A DNA stretch of 64,000 nt, taken from the IMG/VR virus record IMGVR_UViG_3300028887_000069, positions 52,898 through 116,897 of that record, one strand, 5' to 3'. How positions within the stretch are numbered: the first letter of the stretch is position 1; each line of letters starts with the position of its first letter. The translations under genes were made by a program, and so were the position numbers. The DNA comes from a virus (taxonomy: Duplodnaviria; Heunggongvirae; Uroviricota; Caudoviricetes). Below, one piece after another: positions 38,087-48,475 of this stretch. The notes below the pieces were generated by a model, which ran no database searches, had not been told where the DNA came from, and saw only the letters and a program-made list of their open reading frames with translations.

Positions 38087-38362
38087 ATGACACAACAAGA
38101 GAAAGCAAGAGAAATATACAAAGACAACCTATATGACTGTGAAGTTAGAGGTGTTGTACAAGATGAACAAGAGATTTTGTTTATGCTCGAAAAGATGGCT
38201 CAATGGAAGCAACAGCAAATGATTGAGAAGGCTGTTAAGTGGCTCAAAGATAATGCAGGAACATATCATAGATTTAATGTAAATGAAAACAGATTTTACT
38301 ACAACTATAATATATTGATTGACGATTTCGAAAAAGCAATGGAGGAATGCCTTGCCGACTAA
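38087..38362 (+). CDS. Small early protein, 91 aa
   Basis: EP+SD+ORF; start trimmed. Confidence 0.45.
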   Translation: MTQQEKAREIYKDNLYDCEVRGVVQDEQEILFMLEKMAQWKQQQMIEKAVKWLKDNAGTYHRFNVNENRFYYNYNILIDDFEKAMEECLAD

Positions 38363-38571
38363 TCAACAAGAGTATTAACTAAAAACAATCTGGAATATGA
38401 GAACAAATAGAAAGAAAAAAATGTACAAGTTCATTGAAGGAAAAAAATACCGCATTCTGCGGTCATACTATGACGGTCGCATAATTGGGTACGTTGAATG
38501 TTAAAAATTTGCGTATGCGGAAAAAGTTGCTTATCTTTGCAAACGTAAACGTTAAAAGAAAGGAGAAAACT

Positions 38572-38886
38572 ATGAAAAAAAACTTTCCAACCTACTACAG
38601 CGAAGGATTACGCAATGAAATGCTTGAAATATCAGACAACCGCATACTGTGGAAGATGAATATCCAATCCGATGAAGAATATGAAATCTATCTCGCTGAG
38701 GTGGAAGAATACCGTTCACAACTTGAAGAACACTATCACACGCCTTTCTATCTGTGCGGTCGTAGTGGCAGGCACGTCTGCATCGAGGACACCCCGACAA
38801 ACAGAAGAAACTATCGTCATATATGCAGAAAGGTGGACACAATCCAAAAGGAACTAATTAAAAAACACTCTCACACGGAATGTTAA
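38572..38886 (+). CDS. Small early protein, 104 aa
   Basis: EP+SD+ORF; start trimmed. Confidence 0.45.
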   Translation: MKKNFPTYYSEGLRNEMLEISDNRILWKMNIQSDEEYEIYLAEVEEYRSQLEEHYHTPFYLCGRSGRHVCIEDTPTNRRNYRHICRKVDTIQKELIKKHSHTEC

Positions 38887-38971
38887 AAATTTTGTCAATT
38901 CAAAAAACTTTCTTACCTTTGCAAACGTTAAATCAATAAATAAAATTATTCACTTAAAAAAGGAGGTAAAA

Positions 38972-39181
38972 ATGAAAAAGACATTTGAAGTAAAAGTTAA
39001 AGTAGTCCTTGACTGCGGTGAAAACGTAACTGACGAGAACGCCAAAAAATTTGCCGAAGAGGTGGTTGGCACTTGTATGGCTTGGGGAGAGGGGGAAGCC
39101 GAAGATGTTGTGGAAACTTGCATAGACGAACTCGGTGACGAGGAGGAGTTTGACTGCGGTTGGGAAGGATATGAAATGTAA
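38972..39181 (+). CDS. Small acidic protein, 69 aa
   Basis: EP+SD+ORF. Confidence 0.45.
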   Translation: MKKTFEVKVKVVLDCGENVTDENAKKFAEEVVGTCMAWGEGEAEDVVETCIDELGDEEEFDCGWEGYEM

Positions 39182-39313
39182 CCCACAAAGGGGGGGGGGG
39201 AAGTAAACTAATGTGTAACCTTAAAACATCAGAGCCGATGAGAACACGCGACCGACCTTAAATAGAGATTAGTAATTTATTTCTGCATAATTAATATTTC
39301 ACATTCATAGGGA

Positions 39314-39350
39314 AGACTGCCTTGCTTGGGCGGTCTTTCTTTTTTTATTT
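39314..39350 (+). terminator. Rho-independent terminator
   Basis: agactgcc-ttgcttg-ggcggtct followed by ttctttttttatttg. Confidence 0.6.
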
Positions 39351-39351
39351 G

Positions 39352-39400
39352 TTAAAAATTTGCGTAATCCAAAAAAAGGTGTTATATTTGCAAATGTTAA
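39352..39400 (+). repeat. Conserved ~50-bp promoter cassette (GTTAAAAATTTGCnnnnTCCAAAaATAAGTGTTATATTTGCAAATGTtAA), direct orientation; one of about 14 copies
   Basis: Direct copies near 39352, 41221, 44230, 49089, 53564, 55466, 57811 and 62405. Inverted copies near 35672, 36741, 40524, 42097, 47010 and 51001. Confidence 0.6.
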
Positions 39401-39523
39401 GAGGGGGAGAGGGCGACACGACAAGAATGATGGGTGCAAGAAAAAAAGTGTTAAAAATTTCTCCATATCAAAAAACTTTCTTACTTTTGCAAATGTAACA
39501 AACAAAAAAGAAAGGAGTAAGAT

Positions 39524-39745
39524 ATGACGGACAGAGACAAGGAATTTCTCAGAAAACTGAAAGAGCTTATGGAGGAGTACAACGCATCGGTTGGTTTCAC
39601 TTGCAGTGATGGCTCGGACACCTATGGTCTCTATGACGACCACCTCGAAATTTGTATCAATGAAGGCGGTTTCAAGGATAGAGTTGTGTTTGAATCCGAT
39701 GGTTGGTGGATTGAATCAGGCGACATCCGTAAGGTTATTGAATAG
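39524..39745 (+). CDS. Small early protein, 73 aa
   Basis: EP+SD+ORF. Confidence 0.45.
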   Translation: MTDRDKEFLRKLKELMEEYNASVGFTCSDGSDTYGLYDDHLEICINEGGFKDRVVFESDGWWIESGDIRKVIE

Positions 39746-39834
39746 AGTGTTAAAAATTTTGGTATGTGGAAAAACTTTCTTACCTTTGCACACGTAAACA
39801 ACAAACGGAGTATTCACTAAAACATATTGGCACT

Positions 39835-40164
39835 ATGGAAATAAGCGACATTAAAATCAAGGGTAGCAACGTAAACGTGATTTACAGCGGAACGTACTAT
39901 TTCATTAGCAACTACTATGGCATTCTCGCTATTGCCGAGAGAACTGACGAGGATAGGGAGAAAGGCACGGTAGAGATGAGAATACGCATAGGAAACGCAC
40001 GTACATTGGGCGGACGTATGCAGACCCACTCAATTCTGCCCTCAATCAAGAAATACCTCACCAAGAGCGAAAACCGCTTTCTTGAAAAGAAAGTGTCCTA
40101 CAACGTGGTGGAGGAGGATTTGAACAAGGTTTACCTCACGATAGAAGAACATAAGTGCAACTAA
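39835..40164 (+). CDS. Small early protein, 109 aa
   Basis: EP+ORF; SD weak. Confidence 0.4.
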   Translation: MEISDIKIKGSNVNVIYSGTYYFISNYYGILAIAERTDEDREKGTVEMRIRIGNARTLGGRMQTHSILPSIKKYLTKSENRFLEKKVSYNVVEEDLNKVYLTIEEHKCN

Positions 40165-40184
40165 AAAAGAAAGGAGAAAACACT

Positions 40185-40454
40185 ATGAGAGTAATGACAC
40201 ACAACGACAACGCAATTCGTATGATTGACGCTTTCAAGCACTACAATCAGTTTATGACCGAGATAATTGAGGACAGCGACACGTTCAAGACGATTAGAGG
40301 GGTTGAGGGAAAGATGTACTGCGGAACATTCACCGCAAAGGTGTATGTGGGTACGAAACCGATAGGCACGTACAAGTTTGATTGCAGGCATTGGGCGGAC
40401 GTACTGACGCTATCCGATAGGGAGATGAAACCGAGAATAACAAAGGTGAAATAA
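40185..40454 (+). CDS. Small early protein, 89 aa
   Basis: SD+ORF, with a terminator downstream. Confidence 0.45.
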   Translation: MRVMTHNDNAIRMIDAFKHYNQFMTEIIEDSDTFKTIRGVEGKMYCGTFTAKVYVGTKPIGTYKFDCRHWADVLTLSDREMKPRITKVK

Positions 40455-40479
40455 GGGTTAATGGTTAATAATGGTTTTT

Positions 40480-40512
40480 GCCCTCACGCTGAAAATGCGT
40501 GGGGGTTTTTCT
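40480..40512 (+). terminator. Rho-independent terminator
   Basis: ccctcacgc-tgaaaat-gcgtggggg followed by a T-tract. Confidence 0.65.
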
Positions 40513-40674
40513 TTGCCCTTGCTTTACATTTGCAAATATAACACTTTTATTTGGAACACGCAAATTTTTAACACTTGAAATTAAATGTTAAAACGCTTTG
40601 TCGGTTCAAAAAACTTTCATACCTTTGCAAGCGTAAACAATCAAAGTTATTAATCATTAAAGAAAGGAGAAACT

Positions 40675-40914
40675 ATGAAAAAAGCACTTGTTCTATTATT
40701 CAGCGTGGACGAGTTCACTCTCGACCAATTAGACGAAATGAACGACAACGAGCGTTTCAAACTTGCAGTTAAAGAAGTTGGCGAGGGCAATGCGGACATT
40801 TACACACTTGCAGATTTTCTCGCAAGTATCAACAATGGCGAAGATTGCCTATCGGAGTGGTTCTGCTATCAGTACTATGCGGAGTTGAAGGAGTACGAAA
40901 AATGGTACAAGTAA
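40675..40914 (+). CDS. Small acidic protein, 79 aa
   Basis: EP+SD+ORF. Confidence 0.45.
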   Translation: MKKALVLLFSVDEFTLDQLDEMNDNERFKLAVKEVGEGNADIYTLADFLASINNGEDCLSEWFCYQYYAELKEYEKWYK

Positions 40915-40947
40915 ACAAAGTTATTCACATTAAAAAAGGAGGTAAAT

Positions 40948-41160
40948 ATGAAAAGACTTGCAGTTATTGACCGTGCGGCAAAAACGTTGTTCGTTGAGGA
41001 CGTGAACGATGAGGACATTGAGAAATGCGGTGGGATTGAGGACTATGTTATTGAAAACTACACCTTTGAGGGGGATTTTGCAGTGTCGGAGATTGTGGAT
41101 GCGGAGTATATGACAACGGACGAGAAAACGCCTATGGAGATTGTTTTTGAGGACTTGTAG
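40948..41160 (+). CDS. Small acidic protein, 70 aa
   Basis: SD+ORF. Confidence 0.45.
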   Translation: MKRLAVIDRAAKTLFVEDVNDEDIEKCGGIEDYVIENYTFEGDFAVSEIVDAEYMTTDEKTPMEIVFEDL

Positions 41161-41458
41161 GCGGTACACACACAACGGAAATTGTCCGTCTGCCCTATCA
41201 AAGGGTGGACGGATTTTTTTGTTAAAAATTTGGTCAATCCAAAAATAAGTGTTATATTTGCAAATGTGAAAGGGGGCAAGGGAGTGCTATGCCCTATTGG
41301 GAAAGTGTTAAAAACTTGCATAATTGAAATAGTTTTCGTATGGGGAAAATTAAATGTTAAAAATTTCTCTATGTCAATTTCATTTCTTACCTTTGCAAAT
41401 GTAATCAAGAAACAAAAACAATTAACCTAATATTAACCTAAAAAGAAAGGAACACATT

Positions 41459-41983
41459 ATGGAAAACACAACAATCAACACAATCAGCAACTTAAATAAA
41501 GGCATTTTCGGAGTAGAGGTCGTAACCTCAACTGAACCCGCTATGAGAAAGACCAACAACCCCTTTATCGGCCGTGTCCGCAAGGTCAGCACCTACCGCA
41601 ACGCAGTGCTTGGAGTGGACTATCAGAACGCAGTCAATGGTCGCTTAGACCGCAAGGGTGAGACCGCAGACTACAAGTCGGAAGCACCGAAAGGCAAGAA
41701 GTGGTACAACGCTTTCTTCTATCAGTCGCTGAACGATGAGAACGTTTTTTACCTCAAAATCGGTATGAGAAAGAACACCACCGTTGAGAGCGAGTACTAT
41801 GTGGACGGTCGCATCGCCACCGCAAGCGAGGTTGAGGAAATCAAGTCGTTTCTCACCTCCCACTCCTCAAGCGTAAAGAAACAAGTGAACGCAGGACTGA
41901 ACGAGGAAGAGCAGTATCGCATAGTCGCTCCGAAGTTGGAGAACGTGGTGAGCGTAAGACTTGGCGGTCGCACAATCGCATAA
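41459..41983 (+). CDS. Early protein, 174 aa
   Basis: EP+SD+ORF, with a terminator downstream. Confidence 0.45.
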   Translation: MENTTINTISNLNKGIFGVEVVTSTEPAMRKTNNPFIGRVRKVSTYRNAVLGVDYQNAVNGRLDRKGETADYKSEAPKGKKWYNAFFYQSLNDENVFYLKIGMRKNTTVESEYYVDGRIATASEVEEIKSFLTSHSSSVKKQVNAGLNEEEQYRIVAPKLENVVSVRLGGRTIA

Positions 41984-42005
41984 GACAAAGGACACCGAGA
42001 CAAAA

Positions 42006-42040
42006 AGAGGGAGTACAAAAACGTTCCCTCTTTTTTTGTT
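42006..42040 (+). terminator. Rho-independent terminator
   Basis: agagggag-tacaaaaacgtt-ccctct followed by T7. Confidence 0.65.
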
Positions 42041-42058
42041 TTGTGTGGTATATAAATA

Positions 42059-42074
42059 AGACACGATTGTGTCT
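42059..42074 (+). repeat. AGACACGATTGTGTCT inverted-repeat motif (6-bp arms, GATT centre); 8 copies, all in the same orientation
   Basis: Copies at 42059, 43414, 50329, 56587, 58559, 60871, 62118 and 63726; the flanks often extend to AATAAGACACGATTGTGTCTTA. Confidence 0.6.
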
Positions 42075-42255
42075 TAGGGGTATGGTTGTTGCCCCTTAAC
42101 ATTTGCAAATATAACACTTTTATTTGGTTCGTGCAAATTTTTAACACTTTCACTTGAACTTTTTTTCCACTTAAAAATAAATTGTTAAAAATTTGTGTAT
42201 GTCAGTTTTATTTCTTACCTTTGCACACGTAACAAACAAAAAGAAAGGAGCAATT

Positions 42256-42588
42256 ATGAAAAAAGTATATTATGGAAGTCTCGACAACGAAATTAAAGAT
42301 GTTGTGCTGACCGACAAAAAGAAACTTGACGGAAAGGAAGGCTATGGCTTCGCTTGTTGGCAATATTGGGTTGATAGGGAAAGAATAGGTCACGACCCTT
42401 GGGGTTTTCCTATCTATGGAAATTCTATAGAGTGCTATGCAGCCATTGGCGATTATTTTGAAAGCAAGGCGGAACGTGACCGTCAAGCCGAAATGATACC
42501 GAAAATCACAGGTCTTTGCGGAGAAAGGAAATACGGTGACACGGTGTCGTATTTCACTTTCACTTGGAAATACGAGGGCAAACGTTAA
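42256..42588 (+). CDS. Small early protein, 110 aa
   Basis: EP+SD+ORF; start trimmed. Confidence 0.45.
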   Translation: MKKVYYGSLDNEIKDVVLTDKKKLDGKEGYGFACWQYWVDRERIGHDPWGFPIYGNSIECYAAIGDYFESKAERDRQAEMIPKITGLCGERKYGDTVSYFTFTWKYEGKR

Positions 42589-42672
42589 AAATTTGTGTAT
42601 GTCAGTTTTATTTCTTACCTTTGCACACGTAAACAACAAACAAAGTATAACAATTAAAAAAAGGAGTACACT

Positions 42673-43359
42673 ATGAACTACAATGAAATCTTGCAAAACG
42701 AATATAATAAAGCAGTAAAAGATGTTGCCGATGCGAAATTCAACTCCACATTTCATCGTGGAATATTCGGTTTTATGAACGGCAAAGGGTGGACGGTTAC
42801 GAGTTTTGGCGATAGCAGTATATATTTCTATGGTGCAAGTCGCTTGTTCCGCTTTTACGCTCATCATTTCACAACCGACAAGGCGTGGACTTTGAGCGAG
42901 AGAGTGCAAATTAATTTTGAAAATTACTCGTGGAAAGAGGTGTATTCGTACCCATATACGAGGAATTGCAGTATCACTGATGTTAAAGTTTCCGAGTTTG
43001 ACAAGTTTTTCAAAAATGTAGCAGATAAAATAAGTAAAGAGCCGAAACTCAAACCTTATCGCACATACAGAGAGAGGGAACGAGAGTTTGATAAATATAT
43101 AGTCAGCGAAACATATTACGGATATGGCGCACCTGAACCAATTAGAAAGGAATTTGACAACTTGGAGGATGCAAAGAAATTTGCGTATGAGTATGCGGAT
43201 GAGAAATGTAAGAGGGGAAAGGAAAGAAATGATAGCACAAGCCGTTACTATTTCTCTTCACCGATTGATGCAACCAAAGAATGCCCCTCAAAAATATACG
43301 CTTGGAAATACTATGACTATAACGAATACCCATATTATGTGTATATTGAGGGTTGTTAA
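42673..43359 (+). CDS. Early protein, 228 aa
   Basis: EP+SD+ORF. Confidence 0.45.
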   Translation: MNYNEILQNEYNKAVKDVADAKFNSTFHRGIFGFMNGKGWTVTSFGDSSIYFYGASRLFRFYAHHFTTDKAWTLSERVQINFENYSWKEVYSYPYTRNCSITDVKVSEFDKFFKNVADKISKEPKLKPYRTYREREREFDKYIVSETYYGYGAPEPIRKEFDNLEDAKKFAYEYADEKCKRGKERNDSTSRYYFSSPIDATKECPSKIYAWKYYDYNEYPYYVYIEGC

Positions 43360-43457
43360 AAATTTGGTGGATTGAAAAAACTTTCTTACCTTTGCAAACG
43401 TAACATTCAAATAAGACACGATTGTGTCCTTATATAAACAAATTAAAAGAAACAACT

Positions 43458-44162
43458 ATGAAACACTACATTTATTTCAAGGGTCACGAAGTTTTGCAAG
43501 GATTTTTCGGTTCTTGCATTAACAACAGAGAGTGGTATGAGGGGTTGACGGTTGTTGGGGATTTTATTTATGAACGATTGCAAAAAGGAGAGGTGGATGC
43601 ACGTTTTGGCGGTGGTAACAACCCTATTGTTTTGGGAAAAGACTACACCCTCTTTGACAAGCGTATAGTTGATATGGAGTGGCGTGATATGACACCGAGT
43701 GAAAAACGCAAATACAACAAGGTGCTGAAAGATAACAACCTTTGTTTCAAAGTGCATAAAATGGTTGGAAAAACTGTCTTTGGGGATGAGTACACAAGGG
43801 AGTGTGAGGTGCTTTGTTGGGCAGACACCGACAAAATGCCCATCAGCGTGAACGGCAAAGTTATGACCTATGCGGAGTTCAAGAAACTGACCTTTGGCGA
43901 GAATATGAACGTGGTTAATTCGTGGGATAATGGGTATTCTCATTGGGGCAGTGAGACAAACAAAATGGAGAGTGTATATAGACTGCTGAACAATATTTGT
44001 GCCGAGCATACGGAGGATGCAAACGACCAAATAAACACGACTTGGAAAGGTGGAAAGGTGCATTGTGGGGAGTTGTGGACGTGGCAGTTTGACGAACACG
44101 GAGCATTGAAGTTGAGTTTGACCGAGAAAGAGTTTCATCATTCAGTTGTAAGCAATACATAG
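43458..44162 (+). CDS. Early protein, 234 aa
   Basis: EP+ORF; the AGACACGATTGTGTCC hairpin sits in the 5'UTR. Confidence 0.45.
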   Translation: MKHYIYFKGHEVLQGFFGSCINNREWYEGLTVVGDFIYERLQKGEVDARFGGGNNPIVLGKDYTLFDKRIVDMEWRDMTPSEKRKYNKVLKDNNLCFKVHKMVGKTVFGDEYTRECEVLCWADTDKMPISVNGKVMTYAEFKKLTFGENMNVVNSWDNGYSHWGSETNKMESVYRLLNNICAEHTEDANDQINTTWKGGKVHCGELWTWQFDEHGALKLSLTEKEFHHSVVSNT

Positions 44163-44195
44163 TTTTCATAGGGATAATAGGTTAATGGTTGGAAA

Positions 44196-44227
44196 CCTCA
44201 CGTTGGAGAGCGTGGGGTTTTTTTTAT
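44196..44227 (+). terminator. Rho-independent terminator
   Basis: cctcacg-ttggagag-cgtgggg followed by T8. Confidence 0.7.
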
Positions 44228-44419
44228 TTGTTAAAATTCTTGCGTAATCCAAAAATAAGCGTTATATTTGCACACGTTAAGGGGTGAGAAAGGTACATCA
44301 ATTATCTGCAACAAACGGAGAAAACTGCCAATAATTTGAAATGTTAAAAATTTGTGTATGTTAATATTATTTCTTACTTTTGCAAACGTAAAACAAACAA
44401 AAGGAAAGGAGAACAGACC

Positions 44420-44653
44420 ATGAAGAAAGTAAACAAAAGAATGTACGTGACATTCACGATAGGGAACGTTGTATTGGGTGACAGAAAGGTTGCCTTTGCT
44501 TGCAAGAATGAAGAGGAAATGAGAGAGGTATCGGCAGAGGTTTACTCCTTTGACGGAGTAAGCAATATCCGTTGGAGAAAATCGTCAGCACCGAAAGATA
44601 GGGAGATATATGAGTTTGGGGATTTGTACGACTGCAAAAAGTGGTTGAAATAA
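44420..44653 (+). CDS. Small early protein, 77 aa
   Basis: EP+SD+ORF; start trimmed. Confidence 0.45.
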   Translation: MKKVNKRMYVTFTIGNVVLGDRKVAFACKNEEEMREVSAEVYSFDGVSNIRWRKSSAPKDREIYEFGDLYDCKKWLK

Positions 44654-44746
44654 ATTGTTAAAATATTTTGTCAGTCCAAAAACATTTCATACCTTTGCAA
44701 ATACCAATTCAAACAAAGTATAACAATCTAAAAGAAAGGAACACCT

Positions 44747-45145
44747 ATGAAAAAGAACACACTCAAATCATTCTGCAAGAAAACCCTCAACCTCAACAAG
44801 AAAATGCACGATGCACTTGTTGCAATGGTGAACGAGAATGGCGGTCTTATCCGCACTGAAAGCAATGTGCTTAAAGGCAATGTCAAAGACGATGTATATG
44901 GGTTTGTCTTTGACGAGGAAACCGAAATGACGGTTGAACACCCTATTGTTGCAGTTGCCACTTGGGAAAACGGCACTGTGCTTGGAGTGCTTTTTGACTT
45001 CACCGATGGCAACACCACTTGGGAGGGTGAGAGTGACGAGGATATTTTGGAAGATGACGGTTGGTATTCGGTTGATGGCGGTGCAGTATTGCAGAACGCC
45101 ACACTCTATAATCTTTGCGAAACCCTTTGGCAGTACGCAAAATAA
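44747..45145 (+). CDS. Small early protein, 132 aa
   Basis: EP+SD+ORF. Confidence 0.45.
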   Translation: MKKNTLKSFCKKTLNLNKKMHDALVAMVNENGGLIRTESNVLKGNVKDDVYGFVFDEETEMTVEHPIVAVATWENGTVLGVLFDFTDGNTTWEGESDEDILEDDGWYSVDGGAVLQNATLYNLCETLWQYAK

Positions 45146-45149
45146 ATTG

Positions 45150-45189
45150 TTAAAATGCTTGGTGGATTGAAAAATTAATCTTACCTTTG
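45150..45189 (+). promoter_or_regulatory. Early promoter of the same family
   Basis: ttaaaatgcTTGgtggattgaaaaattaatctTAccTTTGcaagcgtaaac. Confidence 0.65.
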
Positions 45190-45239
45190 CAAGCGTAAAC
45201 AACAAACAAGTTATTAATCATTAAAAGAAAGGAAACACT

Positions 45240-45713
45240 ATGGAAAAGAAACACATTGTACATCTGAGTTATTCAACCTACGTTGATGTTGAGGTTATCG
45301 CACACGACAGCGTGTCCGTTGAGGATGTTATCAATATGGCACGTGAGAAAGTGGCGAACAACAACGAGAAGATAAACAAGGAAATCATTGAGAACCTTTG
45401 CGAGGATGCAAACTACATTGCGGACACCGAAAACCTTTTCAAGACCAAGAACCAAGCGTATGACGCCCTTTGCGAGAGGGTGGAACTTGCAGGCGGTTAC
45501 TTGTGCATAAAAAAGGAGTGGCGTCCTACAATCAAGATTGACGAGTATGATGAGGGAAAAATGCAGAGCGTGACGGTCAAGTCGCTTTTCCTTATGCACG
45601 ATGATAGCAGTCCGTTGCAGATAATTGACGAGAACGATGAGCGTTGGGATGTGGACGATTACCTCTTCAAAGAGGACATTGAGGAACTTTGGTCGCTCCT
45701 AAACGAAAACTAA
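45240..45713 (+). CDS. Small acidic early protein, 157 aa
   Basis: EP+SD+ORF. Confidence 0.45.
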   Translation: MEKKHIVHLSYSTYVDVEVIAHDSVSVEDVINMAREKVANNNEKINKEIIENLCEDANYIADTENLFKTKNQAYDALCERVELAGGYLCIKKEWRPTIKIDEYDEGKMQSVTVKSLFLMHDDSSPLQIIDENDERWDVDDYLFKEDIEELWSLLNEN

Positions 45714-45805
45714 ATGTTAAAATGTTTGGTGGATTGAAAAAATAATCTTACCTTTGCAAACGTAAAGTTAAAACAAAGTATAACAATTAAAGAAAGGAGC
45801 AAACT

Positions 45806-45991
45806 ATGAAGAAAAAGTATTCAGTACGCATTTATCTCCACACTTTTGTTGATATGGAGGTGGAGGCAGAGAACAAGAAAGAGGCTCAAGAAATTGCAAG
45901 TTACACTGATGAATATGATATGGAGCAGGTGATGGCAAATATGGTGCCTTGCAACGAGGGCATTGAGGACATTGAGGTTGTGGAACTCTAA
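45806..45991 (+). CDS. Small early protein, 61 aa
   Basis: EP+SD+ORF. Confidence 0.4.
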   Translation: MKKKYSVRIYLHTFVDMEVEAENKKEAQEIASYTDEYDMEQVMANMVPCNEGIEDIEVVEL

Positions 45992-46011
45992 AAGATAAGG
46001 AGGATTAAGAT

Positions 46012-46260
46012 ATGACACTTAAAGAGTTAAAGAAAAAGACAAGTGTACGTTGGTGCAGTTGCAGTCAATATGAGGTAACTATTACCTATCGTGGCAAGAC
46101 CTACAAATGCAAATCAAACAACTCCCTTGCTTGGGACAGACTTGATGATGAGAACTATCCCGACAATTACCGAGTGGGATTTTACACCAACAAAGGAGCG
46201 TGGCAGTCCTTTTACAACGAATGCCTTTTCAAGAACTTTATCGGAAAGTACAAATATTAA
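46012..46260 (+). CDS. Small early protein, 82 aa
   Basis: SD+ORF. Confidence 0.45.
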   Translation: MTLKELKKKTSVRWCSCSQYEVTITYRGKTYKCKSNNSLAWDRLDDENYPDNYRVGFYTNKGAWQSFYNECLFKNFIGKYKY

Positions 46261-46351
46261 ATGTTAAAAATTTGGTGGGTTGAAAAAATAATCTTACCTT
46301 TGCAAGCGTAAAGTTAAAACAAAGTATAACAATTAAAGAAAGGAGAACAAT

Positions 46352-46453
46352 ATGAAAGCAATTAACGCACTGAGAGACTATCTTGTATCGAACAACTTTA
46401 TCGTGCCGTTTAACGCACTCACCAAAAAGCAACTGCTGAACACCAAGTGTTAA
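46352..46453 (+). CDS. Peptide, 33 aa (manual call)
   Basis: EP+SD+ORF. Confidence 0.3.
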   Translation: MKAINALRDYLVSNNFIVPFNALTKKQLLNTKC

Positions 46454-46537
46454 AAATTTGGTCAATCCAAAAACATTGCATATTTTTGCACACGTAAGTT
46501 AATCAAAAGTCAAATTAAAAAAAGAAAGGAACATAAA

Positions 46538-46762
46538 ATGGAAATTAAAGGAACACACACAACCGACTACGTGACAAAGGAAGAGGTCAGCACCCTCACT
46601 ATTGACGAACTTGTGGACTATATCAACGGTTGCAAGGACGCAATCAAGGGGGCAAGGGGAGAGGCGGAACGCTATCGTGGATTGTATGACTTTACAAGCA
46701 AGTCAGCGGAAACCGCAGAAAAGAAACTCAAAGCAATCAAAGAGGTAGTAAACATTATGTAA
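46538..46762 (+). CDS. Small early protein, 74 aa
   Basis: EP+SD+ORF. Confidence 0.45.
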   Translation: MEIKGTHTTDYVTKEEVSTLTIDELVDYINGCKDAIKGARGEAERYRGLYDFTSKSAETAEKKLKAIKEVVNIM

Positions 46763-46788
46763 AACTAAAAAAGAAAGGAGCAAGCACT

Positions 46789-46938
46789 ATGAAAAAAGTA
46801 GTATTCAAGAAAGACGGAACAATCCAATACAATGACGGAAACGAGACAATGACTTTCACCACCGTTTCCGCACTTGTCAACCACCTCAACGCAAACAAGG
46901 TTATGTTGAAAGTTGAGGATTGCGAGACCGAAGAATAA
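46789..46938 (+). CDS. Small protein, 49 aa (manual call)
   Basis: SD+ORF, with a terminator downstream. Confidence 0.35.
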   Translation: MKKVVFKKDGTIQYNDGNETMTFTTVSALVNHLNANKVMLKVEDCETEE

Positions 46939-46966
46939 CCCCCTCCAAATTGGCATAATGGGTTTT

Positions 46967-46996
46967 GACCTCACGTTGGGAAACGTGGGGTTTTTT
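46967..46996 (+). terminator. Rho-independent terminator
   Basis: cctcacg-ttgggaaa-cgtgggg followed by a T-tract. Confidence 0.7.
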
Positions 46997-47190
46997 ATTG
47001 CTCCCCTCATTACATTTGCAAATATACCACTTATATTTGGACTACGCAAATTTTTAACATTTCCGCTTGCACTTTTTTCGCCCCTTGAAAAAAAAAAATG
47101 TTAAAATGCTTGTGTATATGAAAAATTAATCTTATCTTTGCAAGCGTAAAATTAAAACAAAGTATAACAATTAAAGAAAGGAGTAACACA

Positions 47191-47988
47191 ATGAAAGCAT
47201 ACAAAGGTTTTAGAAAAAAAAGTGATGGTACACTATGGTGTCGTAATTTCCAATACAAAGTCGGCAAGACATACAAGTTCGATTGGGAACCTATGATATG
47301 TGAACAGGGTTTCCACGCTTGTCATGAACCACATCAGTGTTGGTCATTCTACCCTAACGACGGGAAAAATGTGTACTACGAGGTTGAATGTGGTGGGAAG
47401 ATAGTTGAAAGTAGCGGGATTGACGGCAAGTTCGTCTGCACTGAAATTAAACTAATAAGAGAGATACCTGCACCTGAAAACAAGTTTGATGATTGTTGGT
47501 GTTTCCAAGATGGATATGCAATGGTGAAATTGGATGGTAAATGGAACTGTATCAATACGGAAGGAAAATACCTATCCGAGCAGTGGTGGGATGATTGTTG
47601 GTGTTTCCAAGATGGATATGCAGTGGTGAAATTGGATGGTAAATGGAACTTTATTGACACGAAAGGAAAATACCTATCCGAGCAGTGGTGGGATTGGTGT
47701 GGTGATTTCCGCAATGGTTATGCAATAGTGGAGTTGAATGGTAAATGTAATTTCATCAGTAGTGATGGAAAATACCTATCCGAGCAGTGGTGGGATTGGT
47801 GTTGGGATTTCCGCAATGGTTATGCAATGGTGGAGTTGAATGGTAAATGGAACCTTATCAATACAGAAGGAAAATACCTATCGGAGCAGTGGTGGGATTG
47901 TTGTTTGAATTTCTGCAATGGTTATGCAGAGGTGAAATTGAATGGCAAATGGTGTAAAATAAATACAAACGGAGAAATAATAAAATAA
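47191..47988 (+). CDS. Tandem-repeat protein with five WG-like (KWN) beta repeats, 265 aa
   Basis: About five 33-aa repeats of the form NGYAxVKLDGKWNxINTEGKYLSEQWWDxCxxF, encoded by near-identical ~99-bp DNA repeats; EP+SD upstream. Confidence 0.5.
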   Translation: MKAYKGFRKKSDGTLWCRNFQYKVGKTYKFDWEPMICEQGFHACHEPHQCWSFYPNDGKNVYYEVECGGKIVESSGIDGKFVCTEIKLIREIPAPENKFDDCWCFQDGYAMVKLDGKWNCINTEGKYLSEQWWDDCWCFQDGYAVVKLDGKWNFIDTKGKYLSEQWWDWCGDFRNGYAIVELNGKCNFISSDGKYLSEQWWDWCWDFRNGYAMVELNGKWNLINTEGKYLSEQWWDCCLNFCNGYAEVKLNGKWCKINTNGEIIK

Positions 47989-48127
47989 TGAAAGCATACA
48001 AAGGCTTTAATAGATATTAAGATGGTACATTCTATTTGTTAAAAATTTGGTAGATTCAAAAACTTTGCTTACCTTTGCACACGTAAACAACAAACAAAGT
48101 TATTCACATTAAAAGAAAGGAACCCCT

Positions 48128-48475
48128 ATGGAAAAGATTAAAGAAAACGCAGTGGCGGAGTTTGAGAAAGTTATCAAAAACTCGTGGACTTATGGCAAAA
48201 TGACCGAAGAAGAAAGAAATCGTCTTTGGGAGAAAATGGGCGACTTTGTCCGTCGAGGACACGTCAGCGGTTCGTTTGAGCAAAGGTGGCGTACAATGCA
48301 AGCAATGTATGGTATGTTTCTCGCAGGACTTGGAAACGTCAATAACCCTAATTGGCGTGACAAGGCAGAAACCCCAACAGAGAAAGCGACTGACATTGAC
48401 ACGATGGTTGAAACCTATCTTGGACTGACTTGTGCCGAGAAAGACGAATTTCTGTCACGTATAGAGTGTAACTGA
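48128..48475 (+). CDS. Small early protein, 115 aa
   Basis: EP+SD+ORF. Confidence 0.45.
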   Translation: MEKIKENAVAEFEKVIKNSWTYGKMTEEERNRLWEKMGDFVRRGHVSGSFEQRWRTMQAMYGMFLAGLGNVNNPNWRDKAETPTEKATDIDTMVETYLGLTCAEKDEFLSRIECN

